From the human T2T-CHM13v2.0 reference genome, Homo sapiens, in the NCBI RefSeq assembly GCF_009914755.1, contig NC_060939.1: 64,000 bases of DNA. The stretch is one strand, 5' to 3'. This document shows positions 1 through 14,749 of the stretch, in pieces (the first letter of the stretch is position 1; each line of letters opens with the position of its first letter). The notes under the pieces were generated by a model. The model did no database searches and had not been told where the DNA came from. It saw only the letters and a program-made list of their open reading frames with translations. A program made the translations under genes and the position numbers.

Positions 1-202
1 CACTGAAAATTTAAATACCCAAACCACACATCTGAAATCTGATTTTTTTTATCTTAAAGCTGGTCCCAGTTGGAGGTAGCCTAGGAGACCGAAAATACAT
101 GTTATTTAATGAAGGAGAATATTTCAGTAAAGTTAAAGCTGGGCTTATTTTGGCCAGACACAGTGGGTTGTGGGTGCTGCTCATTTTTGTGTATTCATTA
201 TA

Positions 203-1995
<1,793 letters not shown>

Positions 1996-2221
1996 ATTTT
2001 TATACTTCATTAGGGGAGAAATGGAACTTTAGCAGTCCTACCAAGAAGTTTTTAAAGAACACATTGGGTCTTTATAAACTGTATTTTTAAAGTTTTTTTT
2101 CTAAAGATAGAAAATGAAAATAATTACCTAAAATAGACCTCTGATATGGTTTCCAAAGAACAGAAGGTATCTTTTTTAAATCAGGGTATGAGACTTGCTG
2201 TAAAATATTTATTGATGCTAA

Positions 2222-2586
<365 letters not shown>

Positions 2587-2979
2587 CCAATCTTCTAATT
2601 TTTAAAGATACTCTTTCCCTTCTCTTTACTCTGAGATCTAATGTATCTATACATAAGCAAACTAGGTGCTTTATATACATTTTTGTCCCAGCCTTCAGTG
2701 TAAACCTTAACTTAAATCATTAATGGAGACTTTTCTGGCACCCTAAGTTGAAAAGTTATAATGGGGAGGCTGTGAGGATTTTTTTTCAGCCCTTGGACCA
2801 TTATTTACACTAGTTTCCTTGATCTGGTTTCCTCAGCTATAAAAATACAGTCCTGTCTCCTCCAAAAGTCTGTTATCGCCAGCAAGATTCACAACTGCCA
2901 AATCACCCAGGATTTTGTATTTCATTTAAGAAGTCTGACAATGCTTTTATGCACAATATGATACAGCCAAAACCACATT

Positions 2980-3075
2980 TACCTGGGAATCAGGAAACCT
3001 GAGCTCTAGTCTAAATCTAGCCCTAAACAAACTGTGCAACTGTAGCTAAGTTCGTTGACCACTTGGGGTCTCAGC
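2980..3075 (+). mobile_element. MIR fragment
   Basis: MIR core-like gaatcaggaaacctgagctctagt...ggggtctcag. Confidence 0.55.
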
Positions 3076-3933
3076 AGAGAAAACAAAAATTTTGGAATCA
3101 GAATTGAAGCAGGAGAGTACTAAGGTCCTCCCCCCATCCACCGTCTCCACCTCTGGCTCTAAAATGTCATGTCACTGTGAAATGCTCTTTCATCTTCAGG
3201 GGCCTAGTGAGAGGCCAGGGTCCCAGGCAGCAAGTGCTAGAGAAAATGTAAGGACAATTTATAAAGAAGTCCCTTGATCTCAGTTTCCCTGAACTATGCA
3301 GCTCTTCAGTCTTTAAAATGGCTACAAGACACATTAGCATTTCAAACACTGCTGTTGCCTGTGACAGGTGAACTCAGGGAGATTAGGAAGTAGCAAAATT
3401 CTGTTTTTGTTTTTCTTCAAGCCAGAATGGGTATGTAAGCATTAACGTTGCTATTATACATACTATTCAACATTCCCCATTCATTTTTCATGAACTTACA
3501 CAACATATCAAAGGGATGATGCTCTACTCCTTAGTGCGTCTCTCAGAATTACAGGCAGACTCATTTCACTCTGTCAGCAAACCTGAAGGCCAGAGTCTTC
3601 AGTTGTGAGAATATCTTATGCAAATAGAAAAAGCTTTACAGAATAGTATATTCAACCCCTACCCAAACCCGCATCCCCATCTTCTCCTCTATACACTGCC
3701 TCCGGAAACAAGGACTGTGTGCACAAGTCAAACAGATACCTAAGCCCCCAGTGGACAGCAGCTTAGGCACCAGTGGGCAGGCACAGAGCAGGCAGAGGGT
3801 AAGCACTGGAGCAGGACTGGATTAAGGCCTCCAGAGCTGCTCCAGGCCTCCATAGCTCCTACTACCTCAACAATCCTTGTCACAACTGCTTTCCCATTCA
3901 CTACAGAGAAACTTACTTGAGCATCTCTCTTCA

Positions 3934-4679
<746 letters not shown>

Positions 4680-4684
4680 TCAGT

Positions 4685-4815
4685 TCTAGTTCCTACTCTG
4701 CTTGTAACTGGGAAGCCATGGGCAAGTCATCTGGCAACTCTGGACCTTAGTTCTCTCACTTATAAAATGAGTAGGTTTGACAAGACAATCTCTAGTATAT
4801 TTGTCAGATCTAAAC
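4685..4815 (+). mobile_element. MIR fragment
   Basis: gggcaagtcatct...ccttagttctctcacttataaaatgag resembles the MIR core. Confidence 0.6.
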
Positions 4816-5059
4816 TTCTAGTAGTCTATAGTAAGATTACTAAGAACCAGGAAAGCATGGTTTATATTATAAATCAAACTTGGCTATAATATGGAGAACA
4901 TTTAAATATATAGATTCTGAGGCCCCACCCAGGACCTTTACAGAGTCCCTTACACAACTGACTGGACCATATGACCAAAGGATAAGGATGAGCTGGCTGG
5001 GTGAACCTGTGCTGGTATTCAGGAATTGACATTCTGTGCGGATAAGTATTCACATTAAT

Positions 5060-5335
5060 GAATGGAGAAATGTCTATTTAATTTGCAAACGATCACAAGC
5101 TAGCGGGGCAAATCAGTATTTCAAACAAACTTAGAGATTGAAGGAATGGTCAGAAGCCAAGAGCATAAATGTCAGAGAGGAAAGATCAAAGGTATTGCCC
5201 CTGGAGGAGAAAGAGAAACTTCACTAAGATGAAGTTAGTAAGGCATATATACCAGAAAAAGATCTGAATGTCAGAGTAGATAACTGACCAGGAATCAGAA
5301 AATTAGCAGTGGGCCTGAGGGAATGCAGGAATTGA
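5060..5335 (+). mobile_element. CR1/L3 LINE relic, 5' part
   Basis: tttgcaaacgatcacaagcta reads FANDHKL (CR1 RT FADDTKL-like), followed by a W...KVLPL-like segment. Continues at about 9980. Confidence 0.6.
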
Positions 5336-6782
5336 CTGAGGTTGTCCTCACTTTGCATGGTTCTTAGATGAAAGAATGTCAGTCCCCAAACAACAGGGTT
5401 GAAATTTCAGTTGCCATGGTTTATTAACTGTGAGTAATTACATGAAGTACAAACTTGATTGCTAGCTCTTCAGTTCACAACATAAATAACAGATGTGTAT
5501 CACGATCAGTGACAAATCACGTCACTTCTTTCACAGTCTGTCGGTGACTAGTCACTGTGCATCTGTTATTCAGTTAATGCACAAACAACAAAGTGTGCAG
5601 TGGGGTTGCCTCCTTGTCTTCCAATGATGAAACCCAAAAATGATAACTGAAAGAGGGAACTGGCTAACGAAGATGAAAATGCAGCAAAGTAACAAAAAGT
5701 GGTAACAGGAATGTAAATAGGGTTATAGAAGAAATAGCTAACTGTGAGATTATTGACATTGCTGCTATTTAAGGGACTCTAGATATGCACCAGAGGAACT
5801 TAGTGAAGGCAAACTAATCAATGTAAATGAGGAAAGTGGTTGTGACGAAACGTATGAAGATGTCCCAGAGGAAGTGATGCTGGCAAAAACTTCACATTAA
5901 AGAAACTCTTGCAGATATTTCATGACACTGAAAGCACAAAGTGTAAAATATTGGAAGCTCATCCAAACTTAGAAGGGAGTATGATGACAATTCACCAAGG
6001 CACAGAAAAGATGTTTTCTCAGTATCATAAACTATATGACAAAAAGGAGGCAAGTACTGTTAAAGTACTTGGGATTTTTTTTTTTTTATAAATACGGACA
6101 TACCTGGTTTTATTGTGCTTCACTTCATTGTGCTTTGTAGATATTGTGGGGTTTTTGTTTTTTTTTTAAATAAATTCAAGATTTGTAGCAAGCCTGCATT
6201 GAGCAAGTCTTTCAGCACCATTTTTCCAACAGCATGTGCTCATTTTGTGTCTCTGTTGCATTTTGTTAATTCTTGCAATATTTCAAACTTTTTCATTATT
6301 ATATGTTATGTTAATCTGTGATCAGTGATCTTTGATGTTACTATTGCAATTGTTTTGAGGTGCCATGAACCACACACATAGAAGACAGTGAACATAACCA
6401 ATAAATGTGTGTGTCCTAACTGCTCCACTGACAGGGTATTCCTCCATTTCCCTCCCTCTCTTCAGGCTTTCCTATTCCCCCAGACACCACAATATGAGGA
6501 AATTAAGCCAATTAATAACCCTACTACGGCCTCTAAGTGTTCAAGTGAAAGGAAGAGTCACATGTCTCTAACTTTAAATCAAAACCTAGAAATGATTAAG
6601 CTTAATGAGAAAAACATGTTGAAAGGCCAAAAACTAGGCATCTTGTGCCAGTTAGCCAAGTTGTGAATGCAAAGAAAAAGATCTTGATGGATATTCAAAG
6701 TGCTACTCCAGTGAACACATGAATGGTAAAGTGAAAGAGCCTTCTTGCTGATATGGAGAAAGTTTTAATGGTCTAGATAGAA

Positions 6783-7580
6783 CAGCGGTCCTCAACCTTT
6801 TTGGCACCAGGGACCAGTTTTGTGGAAGACAATTTTTCCACGGACCAGGTTGCAGGGGGTTTCGGGACGATTCCAGCACATTACAGTTATTGGGCACTTT
6901 ATTTCTATTATTACTTTTTTTGTTTTTTTGAGACGGAGTCTTGCTCTGTCACCCAAGCTAGAGTGGTGTGATCTTGGCTCACTGTAACCTCAGCCTCCTG
7001 GGTTCAAGCGATTCTCCTGCCTCAGCCTCCCAAGTAGCTGGGACTATAGGCATGCATCACCACGCCTGGCTAATTTTTGTATTTTTAGTAGAGATGGGGT
7101 TTCACCATGCTGGCAAGGCTAGTCTCAAACTCCTGACCTTAAGTGATCCCACCTGCCTCGGCCTCCCAACATGCTGGGATTACAGGTGTGAACCACCATG
7201 CCCAACCTATTATTACATTGTAATATATAATGAAATAATTATAAATTCACCATAATGTAGAATCAGTGGGAGCCCTGAGCTGCTTGTTTTCCTGCAATTA
7301 TATAGTCCCATCTGGGGGTCATGGGAGACAGTGACAGATCATCAAGAACTAGATTCTCATAAGGAGCATGCAATCCAGATCCCTCATGTGCACAGTTCAC
7401 AATGGGGTTCACGCTCCTATGAGAATCTAATGCTGCTGCTGATCTGACAGGAGGTGGAACTCAGGTGGTAATACAAGTGATGGGGAGCGGCTGTAAATAC
7501 AGATGAAGCTTCTCTTGCCCCCCCACCACTCACCTCCTGCTGTGTGGCCTGGTCTGTGGCCTGGGGGTTGAGGACCCCTG
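6783..7580 (-). mobile_element. MER1A (hAT-Charlie) inserted in Tigger1
   Basis: TIRs cagcggtcctcaacc and ggttgaggacccctg; degenerate TSD gatagaa/gacagaa. Confidence 0.88.
6915..7206 (-). mobile_element. AluS inserted in MER1A
   Basis: Perfect TSD ctattattac at 6905-6914 and 7207-7216. Confidence 0.95.
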
Positions 7581-7826
7581 GACAGAAGATCAAACTAGCC
7601 ACAACATTCCCTTAAGCCAAAACCTAATACAGAGCAAGGTCTCCAGAATTGAGGCAAGACCCTTTTGCAGCAAAAAGATTACTACTCACTGAAGGCTCAG
7701 ATGGTCATTAGCACTTTTTTTTTTTTTTTAGCAACGAAGTGTTTTTTAAGGAAGGTATGTGCATTGTTGTTTTAGACATATGCTACTGCACAATGAATAG
7801 ACTACAGTATAGTGGAAACATAAGTG

Positions 7827-9624
7827 TTTTTTTTATAAGGCATGCACTTTTATTCAACTGGTCTCAAGTCAGTGTACAGGTATGCCCTGGCTACCTCCAC
7901 CCACTCCCAACTCCCAGGGAGACAAAAAGCCTTCATACATCTCAAGTTGGGGGACAAAAAAGTGGGGCCATGAAAGCTGATCATTCAAAATAAAACAAAA
8001 TAAAGAAGTATTAAGGCAAAGATTAAAAAAAGTTGTATTACATAATTTACATGAAAGCAATGCTATCACCTCCCCTGTGTGGACACGGGAGAGGACTGGG
8101 CCATTCTCCTTAGAGAGAAGTGGGGTAGCTTGTAGGAGGGCAAGGTACTTCCTGTAACAACACATCTCACGATATTTGGAATGACTATTAAAAAAAGAAC
8201 AATGTACAATGAAAGTCCCTGGCCACACTGTAGAACTCTGGGGGATGCTCACTCCAACCAACTGCTGTCACCTTCACCATTCCAGTTTTTAAATCCTGAG
8301 TCGAGCCAAACAAAACAAAACAAAATAAAAAAAACAAAGTCATGCCAATCTCATCTTGTTTTCTGCGCAAGTTAGGTTTTGTCAAGAAAGGGTGTAACGC
8401 AACTAAGTCACAGTCCGCCTAGAAGCATCTGCGGTGGATGATGGAGGTGCCTGACTCATCATATTCCTGCTTGCTGATCCACATCTGCTGGACGGTGGAC
8501 AGCCAGGCCAGGATGGAGCTGCCGATCCACACGGAGTACTTGCGCTTGGGAGGAGCAGTGATCTTGATCTTCATTGTGCTGGGCGCCAGGGTGGTGATCT
8601 TCTGCATCCTATCGGCGATGCCAGGGTACCTGGTGGTGCCGCCAGATAGCACTGTGTTGGCATACGGGTCTTTGAGGATGTCCACATCACACTTCATGAT
8701 GGAGTTGAAGGTAGTTTCATGGATGCCGCGGGATTCCATGCCCAGGAAGGAAGGCTGGAAGAGCGCCTCAGGGCAGCAGAACTGCTTTTGCCGATGATGA
8801 TGACCTGGCCGTCGGGCAGCTTGTAGCTATCTCCAGGGAGGAGCTGGAGGCCACCATGGCCATCTCCTGCTCGAAGTCCAGGGTGACATAGCACAGCTTC
8901 TCCTTGATGTCATGCACAATTTCCCGCTTGGCTGTGGCGGTGAAGATGTAGCTGTGCTAGGTGAGGACCTTCATGAGGTAGTCAGTCAGGTCCTGACCAG
9001 CCAGGCACACACGCAGGATGGCATGGGGGAGGGCATACTCTTCATAGATGGGCACAGTGTGGGTGACCCCGTCATCGTAGTCCATCACGATGTCAGTGGT
9101 AGGCCAGAGGTGTACAGGGACAGCACGGCCTGGATGGCCACGTACATGGCTGGCCTGTCGAAGATCTCCAACATGATCTGGGTCATCTTCTTGTGGTTGG
9201 CCTTGGGGCTCAGGGGGACCTTGGTCAGCAGCATGGGGTGCTCCTTGGCAGCCACACACAGCTCGTTGTAGAAGGTGTGGTGCCAGATCTTCTCCATGTC
9301 GTCCCAGGTGGTGACAATGTCCTGCTTGATGGGGTACTTCAGGGTCAGGATGCCTCTCTTGCTCTGGACCTCGTTGCCCACATAGGAGTCCTTCTGACCC
9401 ATGCCCACCGTCACGCCCTGGTGTCTGGGGCGCCCCACAATGAAGGGGAAGATGGCCCGGGGTGGGCATCGTCACCTGCAAAGCTGGCCTTGCACATGCC
9501 AGAGCCATTGTCGACGACAAGCATGGTGATATCATCATCCATGGTGAGCTGGCGGCGGGTGTGGACGGGTGGCAGAGAGGCGAGGGCAAGGCTCTGTGCT
9601 CGCAGGGTGGACACGGTCTCAGCA
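7827..9624 (-). pseudogene. ACTB: Full-length processed beta-actin pseudogene (parent ACTB; possibly ACTBP7, from memory and unverified). Pseudo-CDS 9542 to 8419.
   Basis: Intronless copy of ACTB 5'UTR, CDS (MDDD start marks beta rather than gamma actin) and 3'UTR. AATAAA at 7849-7854 (minus), polyA remnant 7827-7834, TSD gaaacataagt at 7815-7825 and 9625-9635. Disabling lesions: +2 near 9460, -1 near 9100, stop at 8957-8959, -1 near 8830, -1 near 8790 and a one-codon deletion (MQK-IT). Confidence 0.97.
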
Positions 9625-9979
9625 GAAACATAAGTTTTATATGCACTGGGAAACCAAAATATTTGTCTGACTTTGCTTTTTTGTGATATTTGCTTTTTGC
9701 AATAGTCTGGAATCAAACCTGCAATATCTCTGAGGTATGCCTATAAATAAAATTTCTTTTCTCATTATTTATAATGTTTTAAATTACAGCTTACTAACAT
9801 TAGTTTTACTATGTTTTTTCATTTCTCTATACATTTATAACCAATAGAAATAGAGTTTCAAATGTTTTGACACACATTTATGTATCACAAATTTTCTCAT
9901 TGATTATTAAGATCATATAGAGTCAGCTAGCATGGTAATTTTTGGTCTCACATTAGTGTGCAAAGCAAAAACTACAAGT

Positions 9980-10520
9980 ATTTAGGAACACGAGGTGAGT
10001 TTTTCACTGTACTAAGTACTCATCAGATATTTCTACAGCACTGGGTCCTGTTTAAGCTTTACAGCCAAAGATTGCCATGGAAAATGAAGAGAAGATAATA
10101 ATAACAGGTAAGAGACTAAAAAAACTGGCCATAGAAAAACTGTTTAAGGAACTTGATAGATTTTAGCCACTGAAAAGACAGTTGAAGTGGTAATTTAACT
10201 ATGGCTGATCTTCAATGACTTTTACATAAGGGATACCGACTAGTCATTATACATCTCTATAGATGACTGAACAAACAAAAACCAATTTTAACTGGAACAT
10301 GATGGATTTGGGTTAACTTAAAAATGAACTTACAGTGAAAGAGGTACTATATATCAGAACAGATTTCAAAGAGAGCTCTGTAATTTTCTTTCTGCAAGTC
10401 CTAAAATGAAAAATTAGTTCTTATCCAATTAGAATGGTTTAAGTTTTGAAAACAGGCAAGGGAAGATGGACTGTATGACCTGTACAGGTCTCTGCCAGAG
10501 TTAAGATGCTGTGATTTTTA
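9980..10520 (+). mobile_element. CR1/L3 LINE relic, 3' part
   Basis: Ends in a CR1-type 3' terminus ggactgtatgacctgtacaggtctctgccagagttaagatgctgtgatt. Confidence 0.6.
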
Positions 10521-10799
10521 TCATTGTAGAACTGTATTTTACCCGAAGCTGCCAATTATTTTTGAGCACTGTACTTAAATTGTTCTTTGCTTTGCACATT
10601 CAGCTCCCTTTCTCCCAGATCCTCTCCAGCTAAAGGGCATTAGATTATGGAGTGGAACTCTGATGGGAAAGGAAAGCTGCAGAACAATCCTTTTTTCTGT
10701 GAGGCTCTGTGATGGGGACTGCAGTGGCTTTGATGTACGCAGCTCCCACAGCATCGGTGCATCCATACACATGAGCCCTGAATGCCTGGGACAGGTCTT

Positions 10800-10826
10800 T
10801 GCTGCTGCTGCTACTGCTGCTGCTGC
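10800..10826. repeat. Interrupted CTG/CAG microsatellite
   Basis: (GCT)4 ACT (GCT)3 GC read directly. Confidence 0.9.
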
Positions 10827-11735
10827 ATTCTGTGCCCTCAGACAGTACTGCTCCAGAGCACCTGCCTGGGTTTGAAATATGGATATTCATTATAAAAATC
10901 CATAAATTCATTGCCAAATTGGGCATATTAACACCCTCCCAGGACAAGGCATTTACAGGGAGGACAAATATTGACCTTTTGATCTGTCTTTGGTGCTGAT
11001 AATTCTTGAACATTAAACTAGACAGTTCTTGCCACAAAAAATCCACAATCTCGTCTCTATTAAAAATCATCAGGCCTACCAGGTAAGGGATTGATATTTT
11101 CAAACAGGGCACTGATGTGTTCTCCATTCTCCTGTTTTCTCAACTCCATTTACGTATTAGCTCTGCTAAACTCGAATCTTGGTCCAACATTCTTTGGAGA
11201 TGGCTCAATAATAAAATCTCTAACACAGCGCAGTGTCCTAGCCCTGCATCCTTTTACTAATTAGTAGGTTTCCAGAAGAAAACCATGTGTCAGAAAAAAT
11301 CCAAACCCTGAATGCTGATAGCTCCCAACAAGATGAAGTATGAGAGAAACAGAAACTCTTTAAACTATAAGTTATTTGACGATAAGGTATCTTCTATTAA
11401 AAAAATACTACTAGGAATATTTGCTTTCTACTATAATTCTGGCTTTGAAAATAATAAAGTTGGCTTTAGAAATAGAGACTACAAATATTCTCCACTAATG
11501 AGTCTCACAGCAGAAATGAAATTTGTTCTTTAATCAAACTTCCAGTTGGAGATTGTTCTGAGTTTGTTTTTGTTTTGTTTTAATCTGACGTGGAGTTTTA
11601 GACTTGAGAATTGTCTCTATAGCAAAAATGTAAAGTATTGGTTGGTGGTTGGGCATTCCTGAATATGTCCAAATATTTACTGATGAGAAGGTTGTAAATT
11701 CTTTTTTTTTTTTTTGCAAGGGACTGGAGTTTTAT

Positions 11736-12034
11736 ATTTATTTTTATTTTTTTGAGATGGAGTCTTGCTCTGTTGCCCAGGCTGGAGAGCCGTGGTGCGA
11801 TATCAGCTCACTGCAACCTCTGCCTCTGGGTTCAAACAATTCTCCTGCCTCAGCCTCCTGAGTAGCTGGGACTACAGGTGCATGCTACTATGCCCAGCTA
11901 ATTTTTGTATTTTTAGTAGAGACAGGGTTTCACCACATTGGCCAGACTGGTCTCGAACTCCTGATCTCAGGTGACCCACCTGCCTTGGCCGCCCAAAACG
12001 CTGGGATTACAGGTGTGAGCCGCTGCACCCGGCT
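11736..12034 (-). mobile_element. AluS
   Basis: Perfect TSD ggactggagttttat at 11721-11735 and 12035-12049. Confidence 0.95.
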
Positions 12035-12074
12035 GGACTGGAGTTTTATTATTACTCAAATCAGTCTCCAATTC

Positions 12075-12224
12075 TTATTTTATTTTTAGAGATGGGGTAT
12101 TCCTCTGCCCAGGCTGGAGTACAATGGCATGGTCATTGCTCGTTGTAACCTCAAACTCAGGCTCAAGTGGTCCTCCTGTCTCAGCCTCCCAAAGCACTGG
12201 GATTACAGGCATGAGACAATGGGC
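12075..12224 (-). mobile_element. Alu monomer (FRAM/FAM-like)
   Basis: A single diverged monomer ending gggattacaggcatgag. Confidence 0.75.
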
Positions 12225-12499
12225 ACTTTTTCTTTTTTTGATGTAGATGTTTATTGCTACAAACTCACCCCTTAGCACTGCTTTTGGTGCATTCCATAAG
12301 TTTTGGTATTTTGTATTCTATTTTTGTCTCAAGATATTTTAAAAGTTCCCTTTTAACTTCTTGACCTATTTGTTGTTTAGAAGCATGTTGTTTAATTTCC
12401 ATATATTTGGAAATTTTCTAAAATTCCTCCAGTTCTTAACTTCTAGTTTCATACTTTGGTGGGCAGAAAAGATATTTGATATGATTTCAATCTTCTTAA

Positions 12500-12849
<350 letters not shown>

Positions 12850-13799
12850 CTAATATATTATTTACCCTGGAGAATGTTCCATGTGTGCTAGAGAAGAATG
12901 TATATGATGTTGCTGCTGGATGCAATGTTCTGTATATGTCTGTTAGGTCCATTCGATGTAAAGTACAGTTTAAGTCCAATGCTTCCTTATTGATTTTTTT
13001 TGTCTGGATGAAATGTCCATTGCTTAAAGTTGGGTATCAAAGTCCCCTACTATTATTGTGTTGCGATCTATCTCTCCCTTCAAGTCCTTTAATATTTGTT
13101 TAATATACTTAGGTGCTCCAGTGTTGGTGCATCTATATGTATAATTGTTATAGTCTCTTGATGAACTGACCTCCTTATCTTTATATAATGACCTTGTCTC
13201 ATTTTACAGCTTTTGACTTAAAGTCTATTTTATCTGACATAAGAATAGTTACTCCTGCTTTCTTTTGATTTCTATTTGCATGGAATATGTTTTGCCGTCC
13301 TTTTACTTTCAATCTATGTGTGTCCTTAATGGTGAAATGAGTGTCTTGTAGGAAGCATATAGTTGGGTCTTGTTTTTTAAATTAATTCAACCATTCCATG
13401 CCTTCTGATTAGAGAATTTAATCCATTTACATTCAAAGTAATTATTGATAGGTAGGGACTTACTATTGCCATTTTGTTAGTTGCTTTCTGATTGTTTTGT
13501 GGATCCTTTTTTCCTTCTTCTCTTGCTATCTTCCTTTGTGATTTATTTTCTCTAGTGTTAGGCTTTGATTCCTTACTTTTTATTTTTTGTGAATCTACTA
13601 TAGGCTTTTGTTTTGTGGTTACCATGAGGCTTACACAGAACATCTTATAGTTATAACAGGCCATTTTAAACTGGTAACAACTTTGAATGCGTAAAAAAAC
13701 TCAATACTTTTACTCTACCTGCCCCTCATATTATGCTTTTACTATCAACATTTACATCTTTTTATATTGTGTATTCATTAATCAATTATTATAGCTATT

Positions 13800-14089
13800 A
13801 TTATTTTTATTTTACTTTTCTGAGAGAAGGTCTCATTCTGTTGCCCAGCCTGGAGTTCAATGGTGCAATACTGGCCTCCCAGGTTCAACTGATTCTCCTA
13901 CCTCAGCCTCCTGCGTAGCTGGTACTACAGGCACATGCCACCACACCCAGCTAATTTTTTTATTTTTTGGTAGAGATGGGGTTTTACCATGTTGGCCAGG
14001 CTGGTCTCGAACTCCTGACCTCAAGTGATCTACCAACCTCAGCCTTCCAAAGTGCTAGGATTAAAGGCGTGAGCCACTGCACCCTGCGC
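13800..14089 (-). mobile_element. Alu with small internal deletion, in L1M
   Basis: Both Alu arms are recognisable. Confidence 0.88.
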
Positions 14090-14398
14090 TTAGCATTTTT
14101 AAATAGTTTTGCCTAACCTTCATGCTAAAGATATAAGTAACTTACACACCGCCATTACAATATTATTCTGAATTTGACTGTGTACTTACTTTTACCAGTG
14201 AGTTTGTATGTTTTAATGTTTACTAATTAGCATCCTCTTCTTTCAGCTTGAAGAACTCCGTTCAGCCGTTTTCATAAGACAAGTTTGGTGGTGATGAACT
14301 CCCTCAGCTTTTGCTTATCTGAGAAAGCCTTTCTCTCTCCTTCATTTCTGAAGGACAGCTTCCAGGTATTCTTGTTTTCTCCTTTAGCACTTTGAATA

Positions 14399-14737
14399 TA
14401 GTCATCCCTCAGCATCTGTGGGGAATTGGTTCCAGGACCCTTTGAGAATACCAAAATCCACAGATGCTCAAGTCCCTTATATAAAACAATATAGTATTTG
14501 CATATAACAACATATGCATATCCTCCCACACATTTTAAATATCTAGATTACTAGTAGTACCTAATACAAAGTAAATGCTATGTAAATAGCTGTTATGCTG
14601 TATTGTTTAGGGAATAATGACAAGAAAAAAAGTCTGTACATGTTTAGTACAGATGTAACCAATGTAGGCTTAACTACATTTGTGATCCATGATTGGTTAA
14701 ATCCATGGATGAAGACCCTGCAGCTACAAAGGGCTGA
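14399..14737 (+). mobile_element. MER2 (Tigger-family MITE)
   Basis: agtcatccctcagcatctgtggggaattggttccaggaccc...atccatggatgaagaccc...gggctga matches the remembered MER2 consensus. Confidence 0.85.
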
Positions 14738-14749
14738 AGCCTGATTTCA

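Larger units (their letters stand above)
6095..9743 (+). mobile_element. Tigger1, internally deleted, host to MER1A and the ACTB retrocopy
   Basis: TA-cggacatacct...aggtatgccta-TA termini. N-terminal transposase remnant (ASKCSSERKSHMSLTLNQNLEMIKL). The DDE region is lost at a junction near 7640. Confidence 0.9.
5338..9978 (+). mobile_element. Ancient non-autonomous TcMar/Tigger-like DNA transposon, split by Tigger1 (parts about 5338-6092 and 9746-9978)
   Basis: Degenerate TIRs (gttgtcctcactttgcatggt and gtgtgcaaagcaaaaactac) and a pogo-like C-terminal remnant (ORF 5909-6091). The two parts flank the TA-bounded Tigger1. Subfamily not assigned; strand inferred from the remnant ORF. Confidence 0.65.

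Noticed and set aside
8419-9716. Actin-like ORFs as a functional actin gene or POTE-type fusion
   Set aside because: The CDS is split over several frames by four frameshifts and a stop, has no introns, and is bounded by polyA and TSDs. The upstream in-frame extension is Tigger1 sequence.
10645-11127. 160-aa minus-strand ORF with a poly-serine tract
   Set aside because: No recognisable domain; the poly-S comes from the CAG tract, and I saw no convincing minus-strand splice pair.
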